A DNA stretch of 64,000 nucleotides from Chlamydiota bacterium (GTDB taxonomy: Bacteria > Chlamydiota > Chlamydiia > Chlamydiales > Rhabdochlamydiaceae). The position numbers and the translations under genes were made by a program. Shown in pieces: positions 49,862-58,861 of the stretch. Each line of letters starts with the position of its first letter. Within the stretch, counting starts at the first letter, position 1. The DNA lies in the NCBI GenBank assembly GCA_030916885.1, contig JAUPVT010000064.1, forward strand, positions 6,618-70,617, in the 5' to 3' direction. A model generated the notes under the pieces. It ran no database searches, was not told where the DNA came from, and saw only the letters and a program-made list of their open reading frames with translations.

Positions 49862-50531
49862 AAGAGTCTCTTGGGGTTTGGGGAATCAGCCATTTTACGC
49901 AAGTCGTCAGAGGGGCTAATAAAGCAATGATGACAATTTTTACAAAATAACTGACTAAAATAATATCGGTTAAACAGGTAACAAGAGAAAAGAGACCTAA
50001 AAAAGAAAATAAAAGGGTATCAAGCAGTTGCGTAATTGTTATACAAATAGCATTACGCCACCAAAAAGGAACAGAAAGGTTCTTTTTAAAAAAACCAAAT
50101 AATTTTATATCTAATTGCTGAACAACCATGAAAGTAGCTAGTGAAGCGATTAGAAGCCTGGGTGTTGGTGTTAAGATCTGAAGGAAGGAAGAGTGTGTGT
50201 TATCAAATGTAGAAGGCAGATAAAATAAGTGTATTTGAGACATTACAGTAAAAAAAATCATAGTAAAGAAAGATACCCAAATAGCTTTTTTTGCTATTTC
50301 TAAACCAAAATACTCTCTTAATAAATTTAAAGAAAAAATGCTACCAATAGAAAATACATCGCTGCATGTGATTTCAAAGCCAAACCAGGAAATTTGTTTA
50401 ATGACAAATAGGTTAGCAAGAATTGCTTGGATAGCAACCGATGCAATCACAGCTTCTTTACCTAATTTTAAAAAAATTAGGACAAATAGCGTTACAATAA
50501 AAAGATGTGAGAAAAAAAGGATTTCGTTCAT
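49845..50531 (-). CDS. yhhQ: Queuosine precursor transporter (YhhQ/VUT family)
   Basis: ANLFVIKQI, REYFG, RLLIASL, SQ/TQLLDT-like motif; overlaps the tgt start. Confidence 0.88.
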   Translation of the reverse strand: MNEILFFSHLFIVTLFVLIFLKLGKEAVIASVAIQAILANLFVIKQISWFGFEITCSDVFSIGSIFSLNLLREYFGLEIAKKAIWVSFFTMIFFTVMSQIHLFYLPSTFDNTHSSFLQILTPTPRLLIASLATFMVVQQLDIKLFGFFKKNLSVPFWWRNAICITITQLLDTLLFSFLGLFSLVTCLTDIILVSYFVKIVIIALLAPLTTCVKWLIPQTPRDSYDISL

Positions 50532-50680
50532 TAAAAACTAAAAAATTTAAAGAAAATAGAATAACATATTTTGCCAAATAAATAAAAGCCCTTGCTATAT
50601 TAAAAATAGAAGTACGGATATTTATTGCTAAATTTAGGTTTTTTAGGTATATCTGATCCACTTTTTATTATCGGAGAACT

Positions 50681-51307
50681 ATGAATTTCACACAAATTAT
50701 TAACTATTTTATTTCTTTACTTGTTGTCTGCAGTCCTTTTGCAGCTCTTCCTGCTCTTCTGAATTTGACTCAAGGAATGACATTGAAGGAGAAAAAAAGT
50801 ACAGGTCTAGTTGCTGGTGTAGCAGTGGGAGTAATCCTTATTTCAATGACTTGGATTGGAAGCTCTTTTTTAAGTTTTTTAGGAATTACTATACCCGCTT
50901 TTCAAATAACGGGCGGAATAGTAATATTTTTATTGGCTTTTTCTATGCTAAACGCACAAGTTAGCCGTATAAAGCAAACTATAGAAGATCAAAAAGAAGC
51001 GAAAAAAAAAGACTCAGTAGCTATTGTTCCCTTAGCCATCCCCATTACAGCAGGCCCCGGAGCGATTAGCACGGTAATTATAGCTAATGCTGCTTATCCA
51101 GGACTAACAAGCCAGGTATATATGACGATTTGTGCAGCTTTAGTAGCCTTAGTCATAGGGGTTACTTTATATTTTGCTGGGAATATCGAGAGATTTTTAG
51201 GACAAACAGGAATCAATATTTTTAACCGAATTGCTGGATTAATTTTAGCGGCAATGGCAATACAAATGCTAGCGAAAGGAGCTTTGGGCCTTTTAACAAT
51301 CCTTTGA
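50681..51307 (+). CDS. MarC family membrane protein
   Basis: AFQITGGIVIF, AIVPLAIPITAGPGAIS, RIAGLIL. Confidence 0.92.
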   Translation: MNFTQIINYFISLLVVCSPFAALPALLNLTQGMTLKEKKSTGLVAGVAVGVILISMTWIGSSFLSFLGITIPAFQITGGIVIFLLAFSMLNAQVSRIKQTIEDQKEAKKKDSVAIVPLAIPITAGPGAISTVIIANAAYPGLTSQVYMTICAALVALVIGVTLYFAGNIERFLGQTGINIFNRIAGLILAAMAIQMLAKGALGLLTIL

Positions 51308-52183
51308 TAAACGCCGATTTAGATAAGCTGCAAGAGAAGGATGATGTAAATTTAACCACTCTTGTAAGGGAGTGATGATTTTTTTGATTTCTTGATGTAA
51401 AATTTTAGGGTTTTTTTGATTTGAATCACGGCAAAGCCTTCCTAAATCGATCTGCATGGCTTGAGAACCTACTAATCCAAGGTTTTTATTGATTTTAGGA
51501 TCTAAATCAAGAATGCCTTTTTTGCCTCTTTGTATAAAAAACTCAATTAAATTATCAATGGCCACCTGAGCCCCTTTTTCTCCTTCTGTTTGAATAATCT
51601 GAGAAAGGCCTGGGTAAATAAGAGAGGCTTTTTTTTGTACAATGCATACAACTTGATCTAGAAAGACTTGGCGAGTCATCCCTATTTTATCGACTACTGT
51701 GACATAGCGGTTTAGGGGATAATTTTTTTGCAACCTAGCAAAGATTAATCCGCTTTCCTTAGAGAGATCCTCACAAGCGATTTCATAGCTTTTACATTCT
51801 TTCTCAATCCGTTTTCTTAATCGTAATAATTTTTTAAGATATTGGTTTTGGAAACAGGGAAACGCAGAAAGTAGCTTTAGAGAAAAAGAGGGATTAATTT
51901 TCCTAAATTTCAAAAACTTAATGACACACTTTTTATCCTTTGACATAAAAGCGTATGCTTGACCTCCTTTTTCTAAGAAGTAAAAAGGCTGATCCAAGCA
52001 AGAGAGATCTGCATTTTGAAATAAGCTATCAATCTTCCACTCTTCTGTATCTGGAATAGAGCCTTGGATTTTTTCTATACGAAAACCAGAAGTTTGACCA
52101 TTACAAAATACTTTAACTAGAAAGAAACAAAAAATAATAAGGGCTATGTTTAATAGTACTTCGCTTAATTTTAGTAATTTCAT
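51293..52183 (-). CDS. Membrane-anchored protein kinase-like fold hypothetical protein
   Basis: N-terminal TM; LEKGGQAYAF...CVIKF (G-loop/VAIK-like); GILDLDP...N...IDLG (catalytic loop/DFG-like). Confidence 0.6.
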   Translation of the reverse strand: MKLLKLSEVLLNIALIIFCFFLVKVFCNGQTSGFRIEKIQGSIPDTEEWKIDSLFQNADLSCLDQPFYFLEKGGQAYAFMSKDKKCVIKFLKFRKINPSFSLKLLSAFPCFQNQYLKKLLRLRKRIEKECKSYEIACEDLSKESGLIFARLQKNYPLNRYVTVVDKIGMTRQVFLDQVVCIVQKKASLIYPGLSQIIQTEGEKGAQVAIDNLIEFFIQRGKKGILDLDPKINKNLGLVGSQAMQIDLGRLCRDSNQKNPKILHQEIKKIITPLQEWLNLHHPSLAAYLNRRLSKDC

Positions 52184-52187
52184 CCAT

Positions 52188-53012
52188 TTATTGAATGCTA
52201 AATCTGCGCTCAACATTATTAAATATTCCAGGGACTAATTGGTTATTAGAATCTAAAAGCTGTAATCGAATACGGTGAGTGCCTCTCTTAAGACCATATA
52301 TGTAATAAGGCTGCCATGAGGTAAGGATCTCTTTTGTAGCATGATCAATTTCTACATTTACTTTGTAACCATCTCGGGATAATTGGCAGTTGGTAATATA
52401 GAAATCCAGTAAAATGGGCTGTGGATTACAGCCTCTTTGGTCACAACCTTGCTGAAAATACTCTCCTTGAGGTTCATTATAAGTTAAGTAGGGCTTACAT
52501 AAATCTACAGAAAAGCGATGATCGTGGTTTTGATGGTAAAAAGTTCTTACTGCAAAGCAACCCTTGTCTTTGAGGCTTTCTTTAAACGAGCGAGCGGGAA
52601 AAACGCGCATGACATGCATACCTGGGCGAAGGGCAAAAGGTATGTCAAATAAAGCAAGCTCATTACTGTTTTCATCAATTCCTCTTCCCGCGTCCATATC
52701 TGATTCAGTAATGGTAAAATAGGGTTGATTATCAACGATTATGTGGAGGGTTTGTCCTTTTGGATCATTGAAAATTTCTTTTTTGCGTGGAAATTCGCTA
52801 TCTACTCCCAAAGCAAGCCCTGTAATGCGAATTTGCCCTCTACTATCAGAACGGCACAACTCCTTTTCTGAAGGATAAATAACTTTTACGTTTACATGAT
52901 CGGGTTCAGGTGTAGCAGATACAGGCACAATCCGAATAGACGATTCAGAGCAAAGATCTAAAGAGGAACAAAGGGCTAAAACAAACGCGGCAGATGTAAA
53001 TAATCTCCTCAT
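52188..53012 (-). CDS. Secreted hypothetical protein, beta-rich
   Basis: 274 aa with a signal peptide and two Ig-like-looking halves. Confidence 0.75.
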   Translation of the reverse strand: MRRLFTSAAFVLALCSSLDLCSESSIRIVPVSATPEPDHVNVKVIYPSEKELCRSDSRGQIRITGLALGVDSEFPRKKEIFNDPKGQTLHIIVDNQPYFTITESDMDAGRGIDENSNELALFDIPFALRPGMHVMRVFPARSFKESLKDKGCFAVRTFYHQNHDHRFSVDLCKPYLTYNEPQGEYFQQGCDQRGCNPQPILLDFYITNCQLSRDGYKVNVEIDHATKEILTSWQPYYIYGLKRGTHRIRLQLLDSNNQLVPGIFNNVERRFSIQ

Positions 53013-53114
53013 ATATCCCTCTTAATTATAGGTTGTAATATATTTTTTTTGTATATAAATGTCTAGATTATAACAAGGTCAAAATTGTTATATATTTAAA
53101 GAATTTGGATTGAT

Positions 53115-54098
53115 ATGGATTTTGCTCTTGTTATTTGTATTGTAGTTTTAGGACTTGCTTTTGATTATACCAATGGCTTTCACGATGCAGCAAATGTGGT
53201 ATCTACTGTCATAGCGACACGTGTATTAACACCGCTTGTAGCCATTTGTATGGCCTCTATATTGAATGTGATAGGAGCGACACAAATTAGTGGTGTTGCT
53301 CAGACGATTGCATCTGGATTAGTAGATCCAAATTACACCTCTTCTATCACAATCATTGCTGCTTTATTAGGAGCCATCATTTGGAATGTTTTCACTTGGT
53401 CTTTAGGGATCCCTAGCAGTTCTTCTTATGCTTTGATCGGAGGGTTAATCGGTTCTGTCTGGGCACAAAACGGGTTACAAGCAATTTACTGGTATCCCTT
53501 AATGAAGAAGGTAGTTATTCCGATGGTTCTCTCACCCCTAATGGGTTGTTTATTTAGTTTTTCTTTTCTAAAAATATTACAATTTTTCATAAAGCGTTTT
53601 GATAAATTTACTCGTTTATTCGCCTGTTTGCAAATTGTCTCTTCTGCTCTTGTCGCTTTAGCTCATGGTTTAAATGATGCACAAAAAAGCATGGGAATCA
53701 TTACTCTTGGGCTTTTTAGCGCAGGTATTATTTCTACAGATAGCATTCCTCTTTGGGTGATTTTATCTTGTGCTTTAGTGATTGGGGTTGGAACCGCTTC
53801 TGGAGGTTTTAGGGTTATTCGTACAGTAGGGTTTCGAATTACACACCTTAAATCTTATCAAGGATTTGCAGCAGAAAGCAGCTCTTCTTTAGTTATTTTA
53901 CTAGCTAGCTTTCTAGGAATGCCAATTAGTTCAACCCAAATGATTGTAGGCAGTATAACAGGAGTTGGTTTAGCCAAAGAAAAACCCAATGTACAATGGA
54001 AAACAGCCCGTAGGCTTGTTTTGACATGGATTCTAACCCTACCGCTTGTAGCTAGTTTTTCTTGCCTGATTTTTATGTTATTTAAAGTTTTTATTTAA
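53115..54098 (+). CDS. Inorganic phosphate transporter (PiT family)
   Basis: NGFHDAAN and AHGLNDAQK signature motifs, PISSTQ. Confidence 0.93.
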   Translation: MDFALVICIVVLGLAFDYTNGFHDAANVVSTVIATRVLTPLVAICMASILNVIGATQISGVAQTIASGLVDPNYTSSITIIAALLGAIIWNVFTWSLGIPSSSSYALIGGLIGSVWAQNGLQAIYWYPLMKKVVIPMVLSPLMGCLFSFSFLKILQFFIKRFDKFTRLFACLQIVSSALVALAHGLNDAQKSMGIITLGLFSAGIISTDSIPLWVILSCALVIGVGTASGGFRVIRTVGFRITHLKSYQGFAAESSSSLVILLASFLGMPISSTQMIVGSITGVGLAKEKPNVQWKTARRLVLTWILTLPLVASFSCLIFMLFKVFI

Positions 54099-54428
54099 AA
54101 GGTAACAGGAATCAAGGATTTTGCCTTTTCTAGTCGATTCTTTTAATTGTGTGTTAAAAAATTCGCTTTGGGCTGCATATGAGCAAGATTTATACTTAAT
54201 CAATGAGAAAAATTCAATGTGTTTGTTTTTTTAACAATCTTTTTTCTAATGCAATTCAGTATACAGATCTTTGTTTGCGTAAGGTGAGTCAATAAGATCA
54301 ACCACAATGTCTTTAAAAGTCCGTTTTTTTAGATTTTCCGAAAAAAAAATTGCTTTTACTTAAAAAAAATGATATGAATTTAAATTCATTATGTAAATCA
54401 AAGAAAAAACATTCCAAAGGTTAAAGCT

Positions 54429-54695
54429 ATGAACTTAATTAGCTCTTTGTCAAATAGACAACTTGTTATAAATGATATCATGCCAAAATTGAATGCTGCT
54501 AAAATCCTTAAAGCAAGTGCTGTTGTAGCACCTATATTTCTGACTTTACAAATGTTAGGTAGCATACCAGCTGCTGAAGCAGGTTTTATTTGTTATACTT
54601 TGTGCATGTCAACTTGTACAGCAGCAACAGGTGGTGCATTTATTCCTGCATGCGTAGCAGCTTGCGTTGCGGCTTGTTCTACAAATCCTGTTTAG
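54429..54695 (+). CDS. Secreted six-cysteine peptide precursor (CX3CX3C x2)
   Basis: 88 aa; hydrophobic leader ending AEA|G; core GFICYTLCMSTCTAATGGAFIPACVAACVAACSTNPV. Confidence 0.75.
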   Translation: MNLISSLSNRQLVINDIMPKLNAAKILKASAVVAPIFLTLQMLGSIPAAEAGFICYTLCMSTCTAATGGAFIPACVAACVAACSTNPV

Positions 54696-54722
54696 AATAA
54701 AAAATATTAAAGGATTATCATT

Positions 54723-55172
54723 TTGAATAATAAATTTACTGAGAATGAGTTAAAGGTTAAAAAATGGTGGTTAATGGTCTTTTTTGTTTCCTTTGCGTTT
54801 ACACTTGCCAACTCTTTCATGCATCCAGATTTTACGAAGTCTTCAAAAAACGTAATGTTTTTTGGAATTGGATGCACATGCTTATATAAACTCATGTTTT
54901 ATTATTTTGGATATATTAGAAGAGGAACCAAATTTTTAGCATTTGCCCTTTTCTTGTTTGCTTTTGGATTTGGAATGCAATTATTTTTTTTCTTATTTCC
55001 AGTTAACATCTCATTTATTCAATTATTTAATTCAAATTTAAAAAAAATGAACCCTATACTTTTAATTATTGATTATTTAATTTCTTTTTCTTTTTTTTAT
55101 ATCACTTTAAAATTTAGAAAAATTAATAAGTTGAATAAATTACAGAAAACTAACCATACTTCAATAAATTAG
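54723..55172 (+). CDS. Small ~4-TM membrane protein (immunity-like)
   Basis: 149 aa, Phe-rich, TTG start 27 nt after the peptide gene, AAAGGA upstream. Confidence 0.7.
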   Translation: MNNKFTENELKVKKWWLMVFFVSFAFTLANSFMHPDFTKSSKNVMFFGIGCTCLYKLMFYYFGYIRRGTKFLAFALFLFAFGFGMQLFFFLFPVNISFIQLFNSNLKKMNPILLIIDYLISFSFFYITLKFRKINKLNKLQKTNHTSIN

Positions 55173-55221
55173 ATGTAAGGTGGACTATTTCATCTTGATT
55201 CTCTACTTATAATAATAGATT

Positions 55222-55301
55222 TTACGCACTTTTTTTACGCTTCATCCGTTCTTCAAGAATCGCATCTTCGAGTTCGTTCATTCTAGCATCAAGGCGTTCT
55301 T
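55222..55301 (-). pseudogene. C-terminal relic of a coiled-coil protein truncated at the IS630 junction
   Basis: EERLDARMNELEDAILEERMKRKKSA* ends exactly where IS630 homology starts. Confidence 0.45.
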
Positions 55302-56022
55302 CTCATGGAATTTTTATCATAGATTCTGCTAAGATTCCGACTCATACGAAACCTACTACGTTGCTTCTAGATGATGATACGATAAGACATTAATATAAAA
55401 CATATCTAGAAGGAGGGAAAGAGGTCTTACTCAATCTAAATTACATAGGAAAAGCTTGTAGACTTAATCAAGAACACCTAGATCATTTCAAGGCTTATGT
55501 AAATCAAGAAGAGTCTAGTTCAGCCAAAAAAATCAGTAACTTTATCAAAGAGCATAATGCTAGAAGAACAACTTTCAGAAATAGATCAACTAGTTTACAT
55601 AGATGGACTTCATCCTAACACAATTCCAAGCCTTCTTATGGATGGTTTGAAAAAGGAGTCAAAGCTCTAAGCCAATAGAGGCCGTCAAAGAATAAATATT
55701 AATGGAGCGTTAAACGCTAATAATCTAGAAGTAACAACTGTTACTGCAGACTCCATAAATGCACAATCTACCATTGATTTATTTCAGAAATTAGAAAAGC
55801 AATATCCCCATGTAAAACGCATTATAGCGATATGTGATAATGCAAGTTACTACAGATCAAAACTGGTTACTGAGTATCTCAAAAAATCTAGAGTAAAAAT
55901 CAAATTCTTACCCAGATGCTCTCCAAATCTTAATCTGATCAAACGACTAAGGAAGAGCTAAAGAGTCTTCTTGTTAAAAATTTCTATATTATAAATCTGT
56001 AATTTAAAACCTATCGAGTATA
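55301..56022 (+). mobile_element. IS630-family relic (left end lost)
   Basis: Fragments RGRQRININGALNANNLEVTTVTADSINAQSTIDLFQKLEKQYPHVKRIIAICDNASYYRSKLVTEYL...SPNLNLIKRL; right end ATCGAGTATA like the 31890 copy. Confidence 0.88.
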
Positions 56023-56231
56023 ACAAAAACCATTCCTTAGCTTGAAACCAGAATTCCTCAACCTTGAACAGTTATCTCTAAAACAGCTATTCTTAAGCAT
56101 TTATTTATAATAAGTAGCATTTTATGAAATTAAATTTATATTAAGATGATATTTTTTATACTAATTGAATTAAAATTGGGTTCTTATTAATAATAAGGCT
56201 ATATTTAATGATACTATAAATAGGTGTTTAC

Positions 56232-58283
56232 ATGGCTTCTAAAGCTGTTTCTGAATCTGAATTTATTGAAGCGGTGAATTATTTATCGCATCTTATTGAA
56301 CTAAAGCCTTTTGAAAAAGAAGCGATCATTAAACATGGTTTTAATGAACAAGATGATTTACTAAAAAGAGAAAAGGTCCAGCAGATTTTTCGTACAATTC
56401 TAAACTATTTACGAAAGGTATACGAATCAGACCGTGAGTACTTTCATCCACAGCAAATGGAAAAATCGGTTTATGCCGTTATGGCTCTAGCAGATGAAGC
56501 TGTTAAAAAGTGGGATAGGTATACACTTCTCTTTAAGAAAACGCAAGATAGAGAAAGTGTACAGCTTTTAAAAGAGTATCGAGATCTAAAGCAGTTTTTT
56601 AAATCAAAGGTCGTTCATTTTAATAAAAAAGATCTAGAAGTAGGGGTAGAGGAACAGCGCATTACAGATAGTGGTTTCTTAATCAAAGATTTAGAAACCA
56701 TACGTTCAGATGCTGATTATGAACTATTATTGCTACGTAAAGAAGAAGGAGGCTATTTTGCTCCTTCTGCCTTACTAAGGCACGTTCTATTAGTGGGGCA
56801 AAGTGATGAACTCCTATTACATTCTGATTATCAAGAACTTATTTCTCATTTAAAAGCTACAAAAGATCTACAGGCCCATATAATAGCCCAAGCGATGCTA
56901 AAACAGAGCCTTCCCTTTATAGATAATTTTTTTAAGCAAGTAAAAGATCTGAAATTAGAAGAAAGTGTGACTTGCATGAGTAAGGCATTAATTGCTTTAA
57001 TGCTAGCTTCAAATCCTTATAATCTCATGAGAAATGATGCAGATAAAGTCTGTGAGCAATACTTGGTTGATTTTTGTGTGTTTTTACGTCAGGCTATCTC
57101 TCAACCAAGACCTAGCCCTTTAACGGCTTTAATCGATCCTTTATATCATAAGCTTTCTTATCTGCTATTCACGCAAGCTTGTAATTATGAAAAAGCTCTT
57201 GAGTTAATTGGGCAGTTGATTTCTATGGGGCATAGTAAAAATGAGCTGCTTTCAGCAAAAAAAATTCAATTAGATAGTGTTATTCTTTATCAAGATGTAG
57301 CCATTCGTAATGCTCTTAAGGCATATCCAAGTGGTCCTTTGATGCAGGCTTTAACTTTGGTAAGAGAACAGCGTTTAGGACAGGGTTTAGATCTATTTAG
57401 TCAAAAAAATTGGCCTATACAAATTTATACAATTTTAACGGATAAATTGAAGATTAGCTGTATGAAGATTGCCTCTATGACTATGCAAACAACTCTAGAG
57501 GATGTAGAGCTTGTTCCTGAATTTTTAGGTTTTATTCAGGTTTTAGGAAGAGAGCAAGATCAGAAATATTTAGTGATTAACTTACAAAATAGATCCTCTT
57601 GGCAAGAAAAAGCGCGCTGTAACTGCTTGGAGAAATCTCAATACAAGCAAGAGTTCTCAGATCATTTCGTTGTCATTACTTTTGATAGAGATAGTGACTT
57701 TTACCATCAAAGAGACGGTGGTCCAAAAGCTAGTGTTTTCTTATCAAAATGTGCACAAGGGGTCTTAAATGGGCAGGAATATGGGTTCTACTTTCCTCCA
57801 ACGATAAATAGCAGTCGATTAACCTTTTTTGTAAATAAAGCTGTTTTATTAGTTCATGAGCTCTTTTTTGATGGGAAAGAGGAATTTTCTCATCAAGATA
57901 GATTAGATTATATTGAGATTTTTCATTTCTTTTTGTTTTTGCATATAATAGATCAAACAACACCAGATATTTTAAGCTTTACTTGCAAAGATGGGGTAGA
58001 TACAAGTTCTATATTTAGTGCAGAAGTATTTGCTTGGCTGCATGTGATGAATCACCCAGAGGGTCTGCTTAAATCAAAAAGAGATTTTCTGCTTTACTTA
58101 TTATATGCCCCTGCAATGACGTTAAGAGGGCGTGGTATAGATAAAGACAGGATCCAAAGAATGGCTGGTGCGATGCATGTTTTTATTGAAAAGCTCAATC
58201 ATAATGGATTTGTTATACAAGAAGCGTTTTCTCAGCTATATCAAATGAGCTTTTTTAATAAAGCAGGCGTACAAGAGGGTTAG
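56232..58283 (+). CDS. Large hypothetical protein with a degenerate CX5R-like motif (SFTCKDGVDT)
   Basis: 683-aa intact ORF; motif resembles the CKSGKDR motif of phosphoinositide phosphatases. Confidence 0.8.
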   Translation: MASKAVSESEFIEAVNYLSHLIELKPFEKEAIIKHGFNEQDDLLKREKVQQIFRTILNYLRKVYESDREYFHPQQMEKSVYAVMALADEAVKKWDRYTLLFKKTQDRESVQLLKEYRDLKQFFKSKVVHFNKKDLEVGVEEQRITDSGFLIKDLETIRSDADYELLLLRKEEGGYFAPSALLRHVLLVGQSDELLLHSDYQELISHLKATKDLQAHIIAQAMLKQSLPFIDNFFKQVKDLKLEESVTCMSKALIALMLASNPYNLMRNDADKVCEQYLVDFCVFLRQAISQPRPSPLTALIDPLYHKLSYLLFTQACNYEKALELIGQLISMGHSKNELLSAKKIQLDSVILYQDVAIRNALKAYPSGPLMQALTLVREQRLGQGLDLFSQKNWPIQIYTILTDKLKISCMKIASMTMQTTLEDVELVPEFLGFIQVLGREQDQKYLVINLQNRSSWQEKARCNCLEKSQYKQEFSDHFVVITFDRDSDFYHQRDGGPKASVFLSKCAQGVLNGQEYGFYFPPTINSSRLTFFVNKAVLLVHELFFDGKEEFSHQDRLDYIEIFHFFLFLHIIDQTTPDILSFTCKDGVDTSSIFSAEVFAWLHVMNHPEGLLKSKRDFLLYLLYAPAMTLRGRGIDKDRIQRMAGAMHVFIEKLNHNGFVIQEAFSQLYQMSFFNKAGVQEG

Positions 58284-58852
58284 TTTAGACTTAAATCTTC
58301 TGGAATCATAGATAGGGTGGCATACTTGCCGCCCATCTTTCTTAAGATGGTTTGCCAGATCTTTTCTTCTGGTGTATTAAAAATAAACAAAGAAGAAGCG
58401 GGATAAATCAACCAATTTCCTCTAATGCATTCTCTTTCTAATTGCCCTGGTCCCCAGCCACAATATCCAAAACATAGGCGGATAGCAGGTCCTTGAGAAT
58501 TTGCAGAGGCTTCTTGTAAAAATTGTAAATCTCCTCCTAGGTAAACACCTTCGCAAAGATTTAGTGTTTGTTCAGGTAGTTCTTGAAATGCGTGAAGCAG
58601 CATCATTTGATTGGGTTGAATGGGTCCTCCTACACAAATATGCACATTTTGATTACGTAGATCGTTTTGGTTTAGGATTTCCTCTGGTAAATCTATTTCC
58701 AAACGCTTATTCAAAATAAGCCCAAAAGAACCAATCGAGCTGTGTTCGCAGAGAATAATGACACTACGGAAGTAAATGCCAGCATCTATGTTTGGGCTTG
58801 CAATGAGAAAGAATCCCTTGTTTAAATGCGTATAAGAAAGAGGATCTGCCAT
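58280..58852 (-). CDS. YqgE/AlgH family protein (DUF179)
   Basis: FFLIASP, SVIILCEHS, VGGPI, GYCGWGPGQLERE. Confidence 0.92.
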   Translation of the reverse strand: MADPLSYTHLNKGFFLIASPNIDAGIYFRSVIILCEHSSIGSFGLILNKRLEIDLPEEILNQNDLRNQNVHICVGGPIQPNQMMLLHAFQELPEQTLNLCEGVYLGGDLQFLQEASANSQGPAIRLCFGYCGWGPGQLERECIRGNWLIYPASSLFIFNTPEEKIWQTILRKMGGKYATLSMIPEDLSLN

Positions 58853-58861
58853 AGAGCTCCT

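Noticed and set aside
54100-54330. Protein-like broken frame on the minus strand (RTFKDIVVDLIDSPYANKDLYTELH...)
   Set aside because: Possibly a relic, but with stops and no recognisable family; too weak to call
54429-54695. Calling the six-Cys peptide a ranthipeptide/sactipeptide (SCIFF)
   Set aside because: No radical-SAM/SPASM gene nearby, and a Sec-type AxA cleavage site favours disulfides
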